Made by a program: the position numbers and the translations under genes
Notes under the pieces: model-generated
Seen by the model: only the letters and a program-made list of their open reading frames with translations
Databases searched by the model: none
Told to the model about the DNA's origin: nothing
Origin: Alphaproteobacteria bacterium
GTDB taxonomy: Bacteria; Pseudomonadota; Alphaproteobacteria; CAAHEQ01; UBA3637
DNA: 64,000 nucleotides
Direction: 5' to 3'
Assembly: GCA_017533325.1 (NCBI GenBank)
Contig: JAFXIF010000061.1
Location: 28-64,027, forward strand
Shown: positions 48,029 through 59,598 of the stretch, one piece after another
Layout: each line of letters opens with the position of its first letter
Position numbering within the stretch: position 1 is the stretch's first letter

Positions 48029-48695
48029 TATTTTTTCTCTTTTCTTTTTCTAAATCCAAACATTCTTGCAACAACAATCTGGCCGCTTCAATCATTGCTT
48101 CTTTTTTACTGGCCCCTGTTGCTCGTTTACTTTGCATATCCGGCACACTTACCTCAACTTCAAAAACCGGATCATGGTCCGGCCCTTTTTTTGAAATCAC
48201 TTCATAAGAAGGTATCACTTTTTTATTTTTTTGAGTCCATTCTTGTAAACGACTTTTAAAATCTTTTTCGCCCAAAATCGGTTGATTTAAAAACGGCTCC
48301 CAAACAATTTCAACAAATGTCTTAACCGTTTCAAGCCCTTTTTCAAGATAAATCACCCCTAAAACAGCTTCACAAACATCAGAAAGAACCGAAGAGTTTT
48401 TTCTTAAATATTCCTCATTGGTAATCAACGCTTTATTCAATTTTAAAATCTTAGCAATTTGAGCCAATGTTTGTTCTTTTACCAAGGATGTGAAACGCAC
48501 AGCCCACACCCCTTCCTTTTCCTTTGGAAAACGATGAAAAAGAATATCAGCAATCACAAGACCTAAAACCCTGTCTCCTAAAAACTCAAGTTGCTCATAA
48601 GTGGCAGCCTTTCCGCCAATAGCTAACGTAATGGCTTTTTTATAATTTGGTGTTTCTTGTATTTCTTTTAAAATTGCTTCAGCTTGATTAATCAT
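48018..48695 (-). CDS. rnc: Ribonuclease III
   Basis: The signature LEFLGDRVLGLVIA and a C-terminal dsRBD (GPDHDPVFEVEV...GASKKEAMIEAA). The start is set at ATG 48695 (MINQAEA), because the ORF-track extension overlaps lepB. Confidence 0.9.
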   Translation of the reverse strand: MINQAEAILKEIQETPNYKKAITLAIGGKAATYEQLEFLGDRVLGLVIADILFHRFPKEKEGVWAVRFTSLVKEQTLAQIAKILKLNKALITNEEYLRKNSSVLSDVCEAVLGVIYLEKGLETVKTFVEIVWEPFLNQPILGEKDFKSRLQEWTQKNKKVIPSYEVISKKGPDHDPVFEVEVSVPDMQSKRATGASKKEAMIEAARLLLQECLDLEKEKRKNNDG

Positions 48696-48702
48696 ATATC
48701 CT

Positions 48703-49632
48703 CTATTGAATTTTTGTGAATAAACGTTCTTTTCTGATAAACTCCGGCCATTTAATAAGGAAAGTCGGCCATTTCCAAATTTGCCATAAGGCGCCTGTTC
48801 CATTATTGGAATAAAAAATAACTTCAGCCCGACCTTCTAAATGTGTCAGCGGAACAACGCCAAAGAATCGGCTATCATAAGAATTATCCCGATTATCCCC
48901 CATGGCAAAGAAATGCCCTTCCGGAACTTTAATCAGCGGTGTATCATCCGATTGCATCATATCATTAATTTCATAAATTTCATGTGTCACTCCATTTGGA
49001 AGTGTTTCCAAATATTTTGAGTATAAAACATCTTTTCCTTCAATTTCGGCTTTAACACTCGAAAGATATTTTCTTTCCACTTCTTGCGAATTTAAATAAA
49101 GACGCCCGTTTTTCATTTGAACCGTGTCCCCCGGAAGTGCTACCACCCGTTTAATATAGTCAACAGAACGCTCAATAGACGGCATTAATTCCGGCGTCAC
49201 TCTAAATACAACCACATCTCCGACTTTTGGGGCTTTTTCAAAAATTCTTCCTTTCGGAATAAGCGGTAAAGAATATGGGAATGAATGCCTTGAATAACCG
49301 TAAGCATATTTTGAAATAAAAAGATGATCCCCGATAAGGAGTGTCGGAAACATAGATCCGGACGGAATATTATAGGGTTCAAAGGCAAAAGACCTGAGCC
49401 CCATTGCTAATAAAAAAGCAAAGAAAAGCCCTATAACAGAAGAGTGATTCTTGAAAAAATCTGTATGCACAAATAAAAATTCCCACATGGCACCAGCCAA
49501 CAAAAGCACTAATATCGCTCCAAGAACCCATAATTTGGTTGGGCTCATGTTTACTCCTGCAAAAAGCAAAAAATAACCTAAAACAATGGCAATAGCAAAT
49601 ATAATCCACCCTATTTTTATCTCTTTTTTCAT
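48703..49632 (-). CDS. lepB: Signal peptidase I
   Basis: 309 aa. Motifs: IPSGSMFPTLLIGD, YIKRVVALPGD, GDNRDNSYDSRF. Confidence 0.9.
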   Translation of the reverse strand: MKKEIKIGWIIFAIAIVLGYFLLFAGVNMSPTKLWVLGAILVLLLAGAMWEFLFVHTDFFKNHSSVIGLFFAFLLAMGLRSFAFEPYNIPSGSMFPTLLIGDHLFISKYAYGYSRHSFPYSLPLIPKGRIFEKAPKVGDVVVFRVTPELMPSIERSVDYIKRVVALPGDTVQMKNGRLYLNSQEVERKYLSSVKAEIEGKDVLYSKYLETLPNGVTHEIYEINDMMQSDDTPLIKVPEGHFFAMGDNRDNSYDSRFFGVVPLTHLEGRAEVIFYSNNGTGALWQIWKWPTFLIKWPEFIRKERLFTKIQ

Positions 49633-49673
49633 TGAATTTTTATCTCCGATATGATATGATAATTAAAATTTAG

Positions 49674-50822
<1,149 letters not shown>

Positions 50823-50828
50823 TCCAAA

Positions 50829-51344
50829 ATGCCGGTAAAAAGTCAAAAAGAACCCTCATATACTGAACGGCGCCGCTCTTTTGAAGGGCTTGAGCGATTA
50901 ACAATGGAAGTTAAACGCTTGACTCAGCCCATTTTAGGGCAACGCGGATTTGCCGGCACGGATATTCTTGAATATTGGAATGATATTGTCGGCGAAAATC
51001 TTTCGCAAGGTATTCGACCTGAAAAATTAACGTTTGAAAAAGATTCACGCACAAATGGAACGCTCCATGTTAAAAGTGCCGGCGGTGCTTTTGCTATTTT
51101 ATTTGAACATCAAAAACAAAAAGCGATTGAACGGATTAACACTTTTTTTGGCTATCCGGCTGTTGCAAGGATTAAAATCACTCAAGGGAAACTCAGCTTA
51201 AAAAAACAACCGCTTCCCACACCAAAAAAATATATCAGCGAAAAAGAAAAAGATATTTTAAAAGCGAAAGTTGCCGATATTGATGACAGGGAATTAAGAA
51301 CGCTTGTTTACCAAATGGGATTAACAAGATTAGAAAAAAAATAA
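50829..51344 (+). CDS. DUF721 / DciA-family protein
   Basis: 171 aa. The stretch ILEYWNDIVGENLSQGIRPEKL...GTLHVKSAGGAFAILFEHQKQKAIERINTFFG matches the DUF721 pattern seen in alphaproteobacteria, as recalled. Confidence 0.6.
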   Translation: MPVKSQKEPSYTERRRSFEGLERLTMEVKRLTQPILGQRGFAGTDILEYWNDIVGENLSQGIRPEKLTFEKDSRTNGTLHVKSAGGAFAILFEHQKQKAIERINTFFGYPAVARIKITQGKLSLKKQPLPTPKKYISEKEKDILKAKVADIDDRELRTLVYQMGLTRLEKK

Positions 51345-51376
51345 AAAAGCCTTCTTTTTTTAAGAAGGCTTTAAAA
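51341..51376. terminator. Rho-independent terminator between the convergent DUF721 and GT-A-like genes
   Basis: Perfect 10-bp inverted repeat aagccttctt/aagaaggctt with a 5-nt loop. The U-run is strong on the minus-strand reading. Confidence 0.6.
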
Positions 51377-51377
51377 A

Positions 51378-52181
51378 TTATTTCCAGTAGTCCAAAATCC
51401 ATTTGCTTGGCAAAACGTGTTTATAAATTTTCTTATAGCCGCGCGGATATTTCCTATCATTCGGATTTGAACACCAAATTCCGTTAATGGCATCTTGAAG
51501 TCCCGGATTTCCATGAAAGGCAATCATTTTCATACCATCAACTTTTGGCATTTTCGGAGCAATAAAATATCTGAACAACGGGAAAGGCAAACAATGAAAT
51601 CTGAAACTTTTAAACCAATTATCCGGCCAAAAATTCAAATGACCCCATTTTTCAATAACTTTAGAAGATAAATATTCTTGAGAAGCCGTAAAAAATTTAT
51701 CCACAACTTCTTTTGGGTGATCTTCAAAATATTTTTTAATAAACCCAAGCGTTCCAACAACCCAGGAATAACAACTTGCCTGACCGACATGATGTCCGTT
51801 TGTATGCCAATCATCAATAATATAAAACTTATCTTCCTTCGGATATTCAAAAAACTCATCCAAATTACCGACAATCAAAGAATCTAAGTCAAAGAAAAAG
51901 ACGCGCTGACCGGTTAATCCGCCCAATGAATCATCACAAAGAGCCGCTTCTTTTCGATAAGCATATTTCATTGAATATTCTTCTTCACCTTTTTTCACGT
52001 TTACAAAAACAGGCAAAGGCTTCACTATCACCTCATCTAAAAGCCCGTCAGCTATATCCGTAAAACAATAAAAATCGATATCATGCGAAGTGTTTCTCTT
52101 GACCATAGAACACAAATTATTCACATCTTTGGCCGTGTAAAACGTGCCCCATTTAATGCATATCACATTATATTTTGCCAT
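51378..52181 (-). CDS. Hypothetical protein, putative GT-A-type glycosyltransferase (DxD motif)
   Basis: The start is set at ATG 52181 with an AGGAG RBS (MAKYNVICIKWG...). FFFDLDSLIVGNLDEF contains a DxD-like motif after a Rossmann-like beta-strand start. The family was not firmly recognised. Confidence 0.4.
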   Translation of the reverse strand: MAKYNVICIKWGTFYTAKDVNNLCSMVKRNTSHDIDFYCFTDIADGLLDEVIVKPLPVFVNVKKGEEEYSMKYAYRKEAALCDDSLGGLTGQRVFFFDLDSLIVGNLDEFFEYPKEDKFYIIDDWHTNGHHVGQASCYSWVVGTLGFIKKYFEDHPKEVVDKFFTASQEYLSSKVIEKWGHLNFWPDNWFKSFRFHCLPFPLFRYFIAPKMPKVDGMKMIAFHGNPGLQDAINGIWCSNPNDRKYPRGYKKIYKHVLPSKWILDYWK

Positions 52182-52258
52182 AGTTACTCCTTTAAAAAAG
52201 GTTGTCAATAGTCAAAAGCTAACACCTTTTTAAACTTTTGGCAAGCACATTTTTTAAC

Positions 52259-53932
52259 CTAAACACGGACCAAATGAACTTCAATAAGAGGCTTCTTCCC
52301 ATAAAATTCTTTAAGAAAGCGACGAACCGCAGTTCGAACCGCATTTTCCGCCATGTCATCTCTTGTTATATCTTCTTCTAATTGGCTGACCTCTTCAACA
52401 ATTTCTTTTTTTAAGCGCTCTTCATCTTCCGTACCCGCTTCAATTAGTCCAAAAGATGAAATTTTCGGTTTTCCCAAAATATGGCCTTCATTATCCATAA
52501 CTAAGGTGACAACAAGAGTTCCATCTTCAATCATTTTTCGCCGTTTACGAATAACTTCAGCGCCTAATGACAAAATCTTTTTCCCGTCAACCGCTAAAAT
52601 ACCGCTTTCAACTTCTCCTAAAACAAGTGGTTTTTCGCCCAATTCCAAGACCTCTCCATCTTCCAATGCAAAGGCATACTTAGCGCCCCACTTCAGAGCC
52701 AAAGAAACATGTTCATTTAACTCCCTTGCTTCCCCATGAACCGGCAAAGCAATTTTAGGTTTAATCCATTTATACATTTGTTGCAAATCTTTACCGGAAA
52801 AATGACCGGACACATGAATATCCGCATCTTTATTCGTTATAATTTCAACATCTTTTGTTTTAAAGCGTTTTTGTAAAAGCGCAATAGCCTTTTCATTCCC
52901 CGGAATAATTCTGGAAGAGAAAATAACAACATCTTCAGGCGCAAAGAAAATAGCATTTTTTTGAGGCGTTAGCATAGATAAATTACTTAATGCCGATCTT
53001 GGTTCCCCTTGCGAGCCGGTGCAAATAAACAAGACCGAACCCTTTGGTTGTTCCAAAGCTTCCGATTCGGATAAAAATTCAGGAACATCCTCAAAATATC
53101 CGCAAGCTCTGGCAGCCGCATCCATTCGCCATAAACTGCGTCCCATCAAACAAACCTGTCTATTATTTTTCTTGGCAGCGTAATAAATACTTTTCACCCG
53201 ACTGACATTTGACGCAAAACAAGCAACGGCAATTTGTTTACCCTCATATTTTGCAATCAATTTTTCAAGCTCTTTTCTCACATCTGTTTCAGTTAACTTG
53301 TTTTCTCCGCTAAAAACGTTGGTTGAATCGCAAACAAGTGCCAAAACACCCTCTTTCCCGATTTCTTTTAAACGTTTTTCATTTGTTTTTTGATTCAAAA
53401 CCGTATCCGGAAGCAACTTCCAGTCCCCGGTATGCAAAACAGTTCCTTTATCAGTTCTGATACATAAAGCATTTGATTCCGGAATTGAATGACTCATTGA
53501 AACAAACTCAACTTCAAACGGTTTTAAGTCAATTAACGAGCCTAATTCACAAACATTGACTTCAACACGACCAAGCAAGGAATTTTCCACTAATTTGCTT
53601 TCCAATAATTCGGCCGCAAATGCCGTTACATAAATCGGACATTGTAATGAACGCCATAAATGCCCCACTGCGCCTAAATGATCTTCATGCGCATGGGTGA
53701 TAACCAAACCCAAAATATCTTTTTTATTTTTTTCCAAAAAGGAAACATCCGGCAATAAAACATCAACACCCGGTAATCCGTCCCCCGGGAAACCAACCCC
53801 TAAATCAACAATTAACCATTTTCCTTTATAGCCATAAGCAAAACAGTTCATTCCGACACCGGTTGCCCCCCCGATTGGAACAAAAACAAATTTTTCTTTA
53901 TCGATGATCACATCTTTTCTTTCTTCAATCAT
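52259..53932 (-). CDS. rnj: Ribonuclease J (metallo-beta-lactamase / beta-CASP)
   Basis: 557 aa with an HxHxDH motif (VITHAHEDHLGA), beta-CASP motifs, and a C-terminal domain. Confidence 0.9.
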   Translation of the reverse strand: MIEERKDVIIDKEKFVFVPIGGATGVGMNCFAYGYKGKWLIVDLGVGFPGDGLPGVDVLLPDVSFLEKNKKDILGLVITHAHEDHLGAVGHLWRSLQCPIYVTAFAAELLESKLVENSLLGRVEVNVCELGSLIDLKPFEVEFVSMSHSIPESNALCIRTDKGTVLHTGDWKLLPDTVLNQKTNEKRLKEIGKEGVLALVCDSTNVFSGENKLTETDVRKELEKLIAKYEGKQIAVACFASNVSRVKSIYYAAKKNNRQVCLMGRSLWRMDAAARACGYFEDVPEFLSESEALEQPKGSVLFICTGSQGEPRSALSNLSMLTPQKNAIFFAPEDVVIFSSRIIPGNEKAIALLQKRFKTKDVEIITNKDADIHVSGHFSGKDLQQMYKWIKPKIALPVHGEARELNEHVSLALKWGAKYAFALEDGEVLELGEKPLVLGEVESGILAVDGKKILSLGAEVIRKRRKMIEDGTLVVTLVMDNEGHILGKPKISSFGLIEAGTEDEERLKKEIVEEVSQLEEDITRDDMAENAVRTAVRRFLKEFYGKKPLIEVHLVRV

Positions 53933-54614
53933 TTATTTTTCTTTCATCTAAAAAAAACACGTCACCTGCCGTTATCAACCGACAGTTTAAATCTTTTGTT
54001 TTGACTTGAACGGCACCCTCATCCGTCAAACCGATAAATTCTCCCTTTATTTCTTCATTCGGCAATCGAATGATAATTTCTTTTCCCACCCCTTTTGAAT
54101 AGGTCAACCATTTTTCTTTAATTTTTTGAAAACCTTCAGATTCGAAAATTTCAATATTTTTATCAAGAGACTCCAAAATATTGTTTAAAAGATCTTCATT
54201 TTTAATTTTAGTCTCTAACGAACAAGTTGGGTATAAAACATCTTCTGTCGGCGCTTTTTGCGTGTTAATCCCAATGCCTGCTATCACTTTATCTTCAAGA
54301 TTTTCAAGCAAAATTCCGGATATTTTTTTTCCTTTAATCAACACGTCATTCGGCCACTTAATAGAGGCATCAAATTCCTTTAAACATTCAGCCACACTTA
54401 AAGACAACACAAATGAAAGCAACGGTGTTTGAGTGTTATAATTTTTAAGCACAAGCGAAAAAAACAAATTTCCCTCTAAAGAAATCCATCTTCTTCCCAT
54501 TCTTCCACGCGCTTTTGTTTGCTCTTTTGCGACAACACACGTTTTAAGCGGCAACGAAGCTGCCACATCATTTGTGCTTTCAACTTTATCTAAAAAAATT
54601 AAATTCCATTTCAT
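53925..54614 (-). CDS. birA: Biotin--[acetyl-CoA-carboxylase] ligase (group I, no HTH domain)
   Basis: Motifs TKARGRMGRRW and KWPNDVLIKGKKISGIL. The start is set at ATG 54614. The upstream TTG extension translates AT-rich spacer. Confidence 0.75.
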   Translation of the reverse strand: MKWNLIFLDKVESTNDVAASLPLKTCVVAKEQTKARGRMGRRWISLEGNLFFSLVLKNYNTQTPLLSFVLSLSVAECLKEFDASIKWPNDVLIKGKKISGILLENLEDKVIAGIGINTQKAPTEDVLYPTCSLETKIKNEDLLNNILESLDKNIEIFESEGFQKIKEKWLTYSKGVGKEIIIRLPNEEIKGEFIGLTDEGAVQVKTKDLNCRLITAGDVFFLDERKIND

Positions 54615-54731
54615 TTGAAAGCGCTTATACCACAAAATAAAAAAAAAATAAAGAAAAACATTGATTTTATTTTTTTTTCGTTCAAAATAAGACAAAACAA
54701 ATAAAAAAACTGAACAATAACGGGTTAAAGA

Positions 54732-55127
54732 ATGACAAAAGACGAACTCCTTGAAAATTTTTCTTATCTGACCGACTGGGAAGAAAAATATTCTTATTTG
54801 ATTGAACTTGGAAATAATTTACCTCCATTTAATGAAAATGACAAAACAGATGAAAACAAAGTGCAAGGGTGCATGTCTCAAGTTTGGTTTACTCACGAAA
54901 AGAAAAATAACCTCAACTATTTTAACGCAACCAGTGATGCCTTGATTGTTAAGGGGTTAGAAGCTGTTTTAATCTCTCTTATCAATGGAAAAACAGATGA
55001 AGAGATTTTAAATTTAAACATTCTTGAAATTTTCAAAGAAATCGGTTTACAAGACCATTTATCTCCCACCAGAAGAAACGGCTTTTTTTCCATGGTTGAA
55101 AGAATTTTTTCACTCATAAAAAAATAA
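54732..55127 (+). CDS. sufE: SufE-family cysteine desulfuration (sulfur acceptor) protein
   Basis: 131 aa with the VQGCMSQVWF active-site Cys motif and an N-terminal DWEEKYSYLIELG. Confidence 0.85.
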   Translation: MTKDELLENFSYLTDWEEKYSYLIELGNNLPPFNENDKTDENKVQGCMSQVWFTHEKKNNLNYFNATSDALIVKGLEAVLISLINGKTDEEILNLNILEIFKEIGLQDHLSPTRRNGFFSMVERIFSLIKK

Positions 55128-55146
55128 TAAAAAAGCGTCCTTTTAC

Positions 55147-55175
55147 TTGACCGGTTATGCAAATTATGATATCAT
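55147..55175 (+). promoter_or_regulatory. Putative sigma70-type promoter (TTGACC-17 nt-TATCAT) for dnaX
   Basis: TTGACC at 55147-55152, a 17-nt spacer, then TATCAT at 55170-55175, 26 nt upstream of ATG 55202. Confidence 0.4.
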
Positions 55176-55201
55176 TTGCAAAAGTTTTATAAGGATTAAA
55201 A

Positions 55202-56869
55202 ATGAAAAATTCGTCACACGTTTTAGCTCGCAAATACAGACCTCAGGTTTTTGATGATTTAGTTGGACAGGACGCTCTTGTCCAAACATTTAAAAATGCC
55301 ATCGAACACAATCGGTTAGCGCATGCTTATATGTTAACAGGTATCCGCGGTGTCGGAAAAACAAGTTCAGCTCGAATTATTGCCAAAGGGCTCAACTGTA
55401 TCGGCGAAGACGAAAAAGGTGGCATGACAGCAAATCCTTGTGGCAAATGTAAACATTGTTTGGAAATTGCAGCTGACTCTCATATTGATGTTATTGAAAT
55501 TGATGCTGCCAGCAATACCGGTGTGGATAATATAAGAGAAATTATTGAAAGCGCAAAATATAATCCGGTTTCTGCCAGATTCAAAATTTATATTATCGAT
55601 GAAGTTCACATGCTTTCAAAAGCCGCCTTCAATGCTCTTTTAAAAACATTGGAAGAACCACCTGAACGCATTAAATTTATTTTAGCAACAACAGAAATCA
55701 GAAAAGTTCCGATCACGATTTTATCGCGTTGCCAACGGTTTGATTTAAAAAGATTAGATGAAGAGTTATTAACAAAACATCTTCAAAAAATTGCACTCAA
55801 CGAAAAGATTGAAGCCGAAGAAGAAGCTTTAAGATTAATCGCAAGAGCCGGCGATGGGTCATGTCGCGATTCTTTATCACTTTTAGATCAAGCGATGACT
55901 CAATTCAATTATCAATTAAGTGCCAAAGATGTTCGTCAAATGCTCGGCGTCACAGACAGAACTCTTTTGTTTGATTTATATCAAGCAATTATGAAAGGGG
56001 ATGTCAAATCCGCCCTTGCCTATTTGGATGAACAACATAATTTAGGTTCTGATCCACTCATGACTGCCCAAGATTTGCTTTCTTTGACACATTGGTTAAC
56101 CAGAATTAAAATTATTCCGGATCTTATCCAAGACAAAACTATTCCCGAAGCTGAACGAACAAGAGGAAAAGAAATGGCTGATTCTCTTTCAATGGCTTCA
56201 TTAACAAGCGCCTGGCAAATTTTATTAAAAGGGTTAACTGAAATAAAAATGGCTGATAATCCCATTATGGCACTTGAAATGATTTTAATCCGTTTGGCTT
56301 TTTTGAGCGAACTTCCGTCATTGAATAATTTAATCGCAGACATAAAAAAAAACACTCTAACGATTAATTCCGAAACAAATACTCAAATTCAACCAAGCGC
56401 GCCAGCGGTTCAAAAAGAGAGTATACCGGCAAGCAACTTGAAAGAAGCACCCGCTCAAGAGCAAAGCATCACTATCAAAACATTAACCGATATTTCAAAT
56501 CTTGCCAAGCAACATAAAGAGCGCCTTTTAGCTTTTAATATTGAAAGTTATATTCGTCCAATCAGTATTGAACAAGGGAAATTGGTTTGTTCGTTTACAA
56601 ATGATGCGCCCAGAGGGTTTAGCGCTGAGCTTGCCAAATTTTTGACTCAAAAGACCAAAACTCAATGGGAAATTTTGATTAAAAATGACTCTTCGGCTCA
56701 AACATTAAAAGAAAACAAAGCCGAAAAAGAGGGGCTGGTTTTAGACGAACTTAAAAAATCAGAACCGCTCAAAAGCGTGTTAAGTGTTTTCCCTAAAGCC
56801 ATTGTTGGTCGAGTTAAAGAACCGGCTTCATCGCAACAAGACGAGCCGGATTTAGACGAAATGATTTAA
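55202..56869 (+). CDS. dnaX: DNA polymerase III subunit tau (and possibly gamma)
   Basis: ARKYRPQVFDDLVGQ, GIRGVGKTS, a Zn module CGKCKHC, IDEVHML and SRCQRF. Full length is 555 aa. Confidence 0.95.
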   Translation: MKNSSHVLARKYRPQVFDDLVGQDALVQTFKNAIEHNRLAHAYMLTGIRGVGKTSSARIIAKGLNCIGEDEKGGMTANPCGKCKHCLEIAADSHIDVIEIDAASNTGVDNIREIIESAKYNPVSARFKIYIIDEVHMLSKAAFNALLKTLEEPPERIKFILATTEIRKVPITILSRCQRFDLKRLDEELLTKHLQKIALNEKIEAEEEALRLIARAGDGSCRDSLSLLDQAMTQFNYQLSAKDVRQMLGVTDRTLLFDLYQAIMKGDVKSALAYLDEQHNLGSDPLMTAQDLLSLTHWLTRIKIIPDLIQDKTIPEAERTRGKEMADSLSMASLTSAWQILLKGLTEIKMADNPIMALEMILIRLAFLSELPSLNNLIADIKKNTLTINSETNTQIQPSAPAVQKESIPASNLKEAPAQEQSITIKTLTDISNLAKQHKERLLAFNIESYIRPISIEQGKLVCSFTNDAPRGFSAELAKFLTQKTKTQWEILIKNDSSAQTLKENKAEKEGLVLDELKKSEPLKSVLSVFPKAIVGRVKEPASSQQDEPDLDEMI

Positions 56870-56881
56870 AATCATAAAAAT

Positions 56882-57229
56882 TTATTTTTGAAAATCAGGT
56901 GCTATTTTTTTAAATTCTTCAGCAAGTTCCATAGACCATCCCATTTGATATTTGCCGGAATATACAAAAAACGGCGTGGCAATCGTTGGTCCTAATTTAT
57001 ATTTTTTCACGGCTTTTAATATTTTTTGATGACCCTCTTTTGTTGAAATATCAACCAGTTCAACATTAACTGTCGGAAGACTTGTTTTGAAAAATTCAAT
57101 AGCATTATGACAATAAGAACACCCCGGTTGCCAAAATAAATAAATCGTGTCATCTTTAAATTCTTTTTTTTGACAAGCCGCTAATCCAAAAAAACAAAAA
57201 AACATGATTACATAAAAAATCTTTTTCAT
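56882..57229 (-). CDS. Lipoprotein with a glutaredoxin/thioredoxin-like CxxC domain
   Basis: The start is set at MKKIFYVIMFFCFFGLAAC (lipobox L-A-A-C), followed by LFWQPGCSYCHNAIEFF (a CSYC redox motif). Confidence 0.6.
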   Translation of the reverse strand: MKKIFYVIMFFCFFGLAACQKKEFKDDTIYLFWQPGCSYCHNAIEFFKTSLPTVNVELVDISTKEGHQKILKAVKKYKLGPTIATPFFVYSGKYQMGWSMELAEEFKKIAPDFQK

Positions 57230-57319
57230 AATACGCCCTCTAAACATAAAAAATTTTCTTTTTCATTCGCTTATTCTTCCTCTAACATAAATATAAATAA
57301 ATGACAACTCATTTATTAA

Positions 57320-58404
<1,085 letters not shown>

Positions 58405-58405
<1 letters not shown>

Positions 58406-58923
58406 TGCCTCAGGCAAAGAAAAAAACAACTATCAGTTCAACACAAGCAGCTGCAAAAAAACAAGCTCAAAAAAATGAAGAACACTTAACAACAAGTGAA
58501 GTAAAAAAATCTCCGGCAAAAAGAAAACCTTGTGCTAAAAAGAAAACAACCAAAAAGGCAGTTTTACCAACAGCCCCCGGCGCTCTTTCTAAAGAACAAA
58601 TCAAAGAGTTAATTGCATTTGTTGAGCAAAAATTAGATGCCGGCAAAGCTGAAAATATCGTTACAATTGATTTAAAAGGGAAAAGCTCTTTTACCGATTT
58701 CATTATTATTGCAAACGGGACATCCGGTCGTCACTTAAACGGGTTAGCAAACAATTTAATCCAAGACATCAAAAAAGCCGGATACAGAGCTCGCATTTCC
58801 GGTGATAATTCAGATACGGGATGGATTGTTATTGACTTAATTGACGTGATGATTCATTTATTTACTGGGGAAATGCGCGATTTCTATGATTTAGAAGGCA
58901 TGTGGAAAGATCAATTAAAATAA
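58405..58923 (+). CDS. rsfS: Ribosome silencing factor RsfS (iojap) with a Lys-rich N-terminal extension
   Basis: The C-terminal ~105 aa match RsfS (ENIVTIDLKGKSSFTDFIIIANGTSGRHL...WIVIDLIDVMIHLF). The first ~65 aa are K/A/T-rich. The start overlaps the obg stop (TAATG). Confidence 0.85.
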
Positions 58924-58941
58924 AAAAAACAGGGGGCTTGA

Positions 58942-59598
58942 ATGAAAAGAAGAATCGGCATTTTTTTATGGTTGACAGCCTTTATTTTTGTCATGGGAGC
59001 AAAACAAGCATCAGCCACTCAAGCCCTTCCGAAAAAATTTGAAGCCGTTTATGAAGAAATTTTAAAAGATCCAAATTATCTTTCTTTAGGGAACCCTAAG
59101 GGAGAATATGTTATTATTGACTTTTTTGATTATCGCTGTGATTTTTGCAAAAAATTGCATAAAGAGCTTTATGAACTCGTTCATTCCAAAAACGGGAAAA
59201 ACATCCGTTGGATTTCAATTGAAGCTCCCGTTTTCGGATATAAATATAATTATGCATCCGATATTGTTTTAGCATCCAAAAAACACGGATTATATAATCA
59301 AGTTTTTGATAAAGTGGCGCAATCAGGAACGGTTACTCAAAGCGTGATTTATGATTATTTTAAAGAATTGGGCGGTGATGTGCAACAGCTTAAAAAAGAT
59401 GTTGCCGAAATGAGTTTCATTCCGGTATACAGAAAGCATTTTGACATTTATCGCATTTTTAATACAACAGCCGTTCCCGTTCTTATTATCAATAAGAAAT
59501 ATCAAATCGGCACTTTAAAAGAAGGCCAAATGGAGCAAATCATTAAAGAGGCAAATCCGCCACGTATTTGGGAAACGATTTTTCTTAGATTTTTTTAG
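58942..59598 (+). CDS. DsbA-family periplasmic thiol:disulfide oxidoreductase
   Basis: A signal peptide (MKRRIGIFLWLTAFIFVMGAKQASA) and a thioredoxin fold with a CDFC motif (FFDYRCDFCKKLH). Confidence 0.75.
   Translation: MKRRIGIFLWLTAFIFVMGAKQASATQALPKKFEAVYEEILKDPNYLSLGNPKGEYVIIDFFDYRCDFCKKLHKELYELVHSKNGKNIRWISIEAPVFGYKYNYASDIVLASKKHGLYNQVFDKVAQSGTVTQSVIYDYFKELGGDVQQLKKDVAEMSFIPVYRKHFDIYRIFNTTAVPVLIINKKYQIGTLKEGQMEQIIKEANPPRIWETIFLRFF

Noticed and set aside
55128-55201. A possible SRP (4.5S) RNA gene upstream of dnaX, a common location in bacteria.
   Set aside because: The spacer is only 74 nt and AT-rich. It contains a promoter-like TTGACC/TATCAT pair and lacks the conserved GC-rich helix-8 motif of SRP RNA.
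56342-56362. An apparent in-frame stop in dnaX when I counted the A-run base by base.
   Set aside because: My manual count of the homopolymer disagreed by one A with the computed ORF track, which shows an uninterrupted 555-aa frame. I trust the track and treat the tract only as a candidate slippery site.
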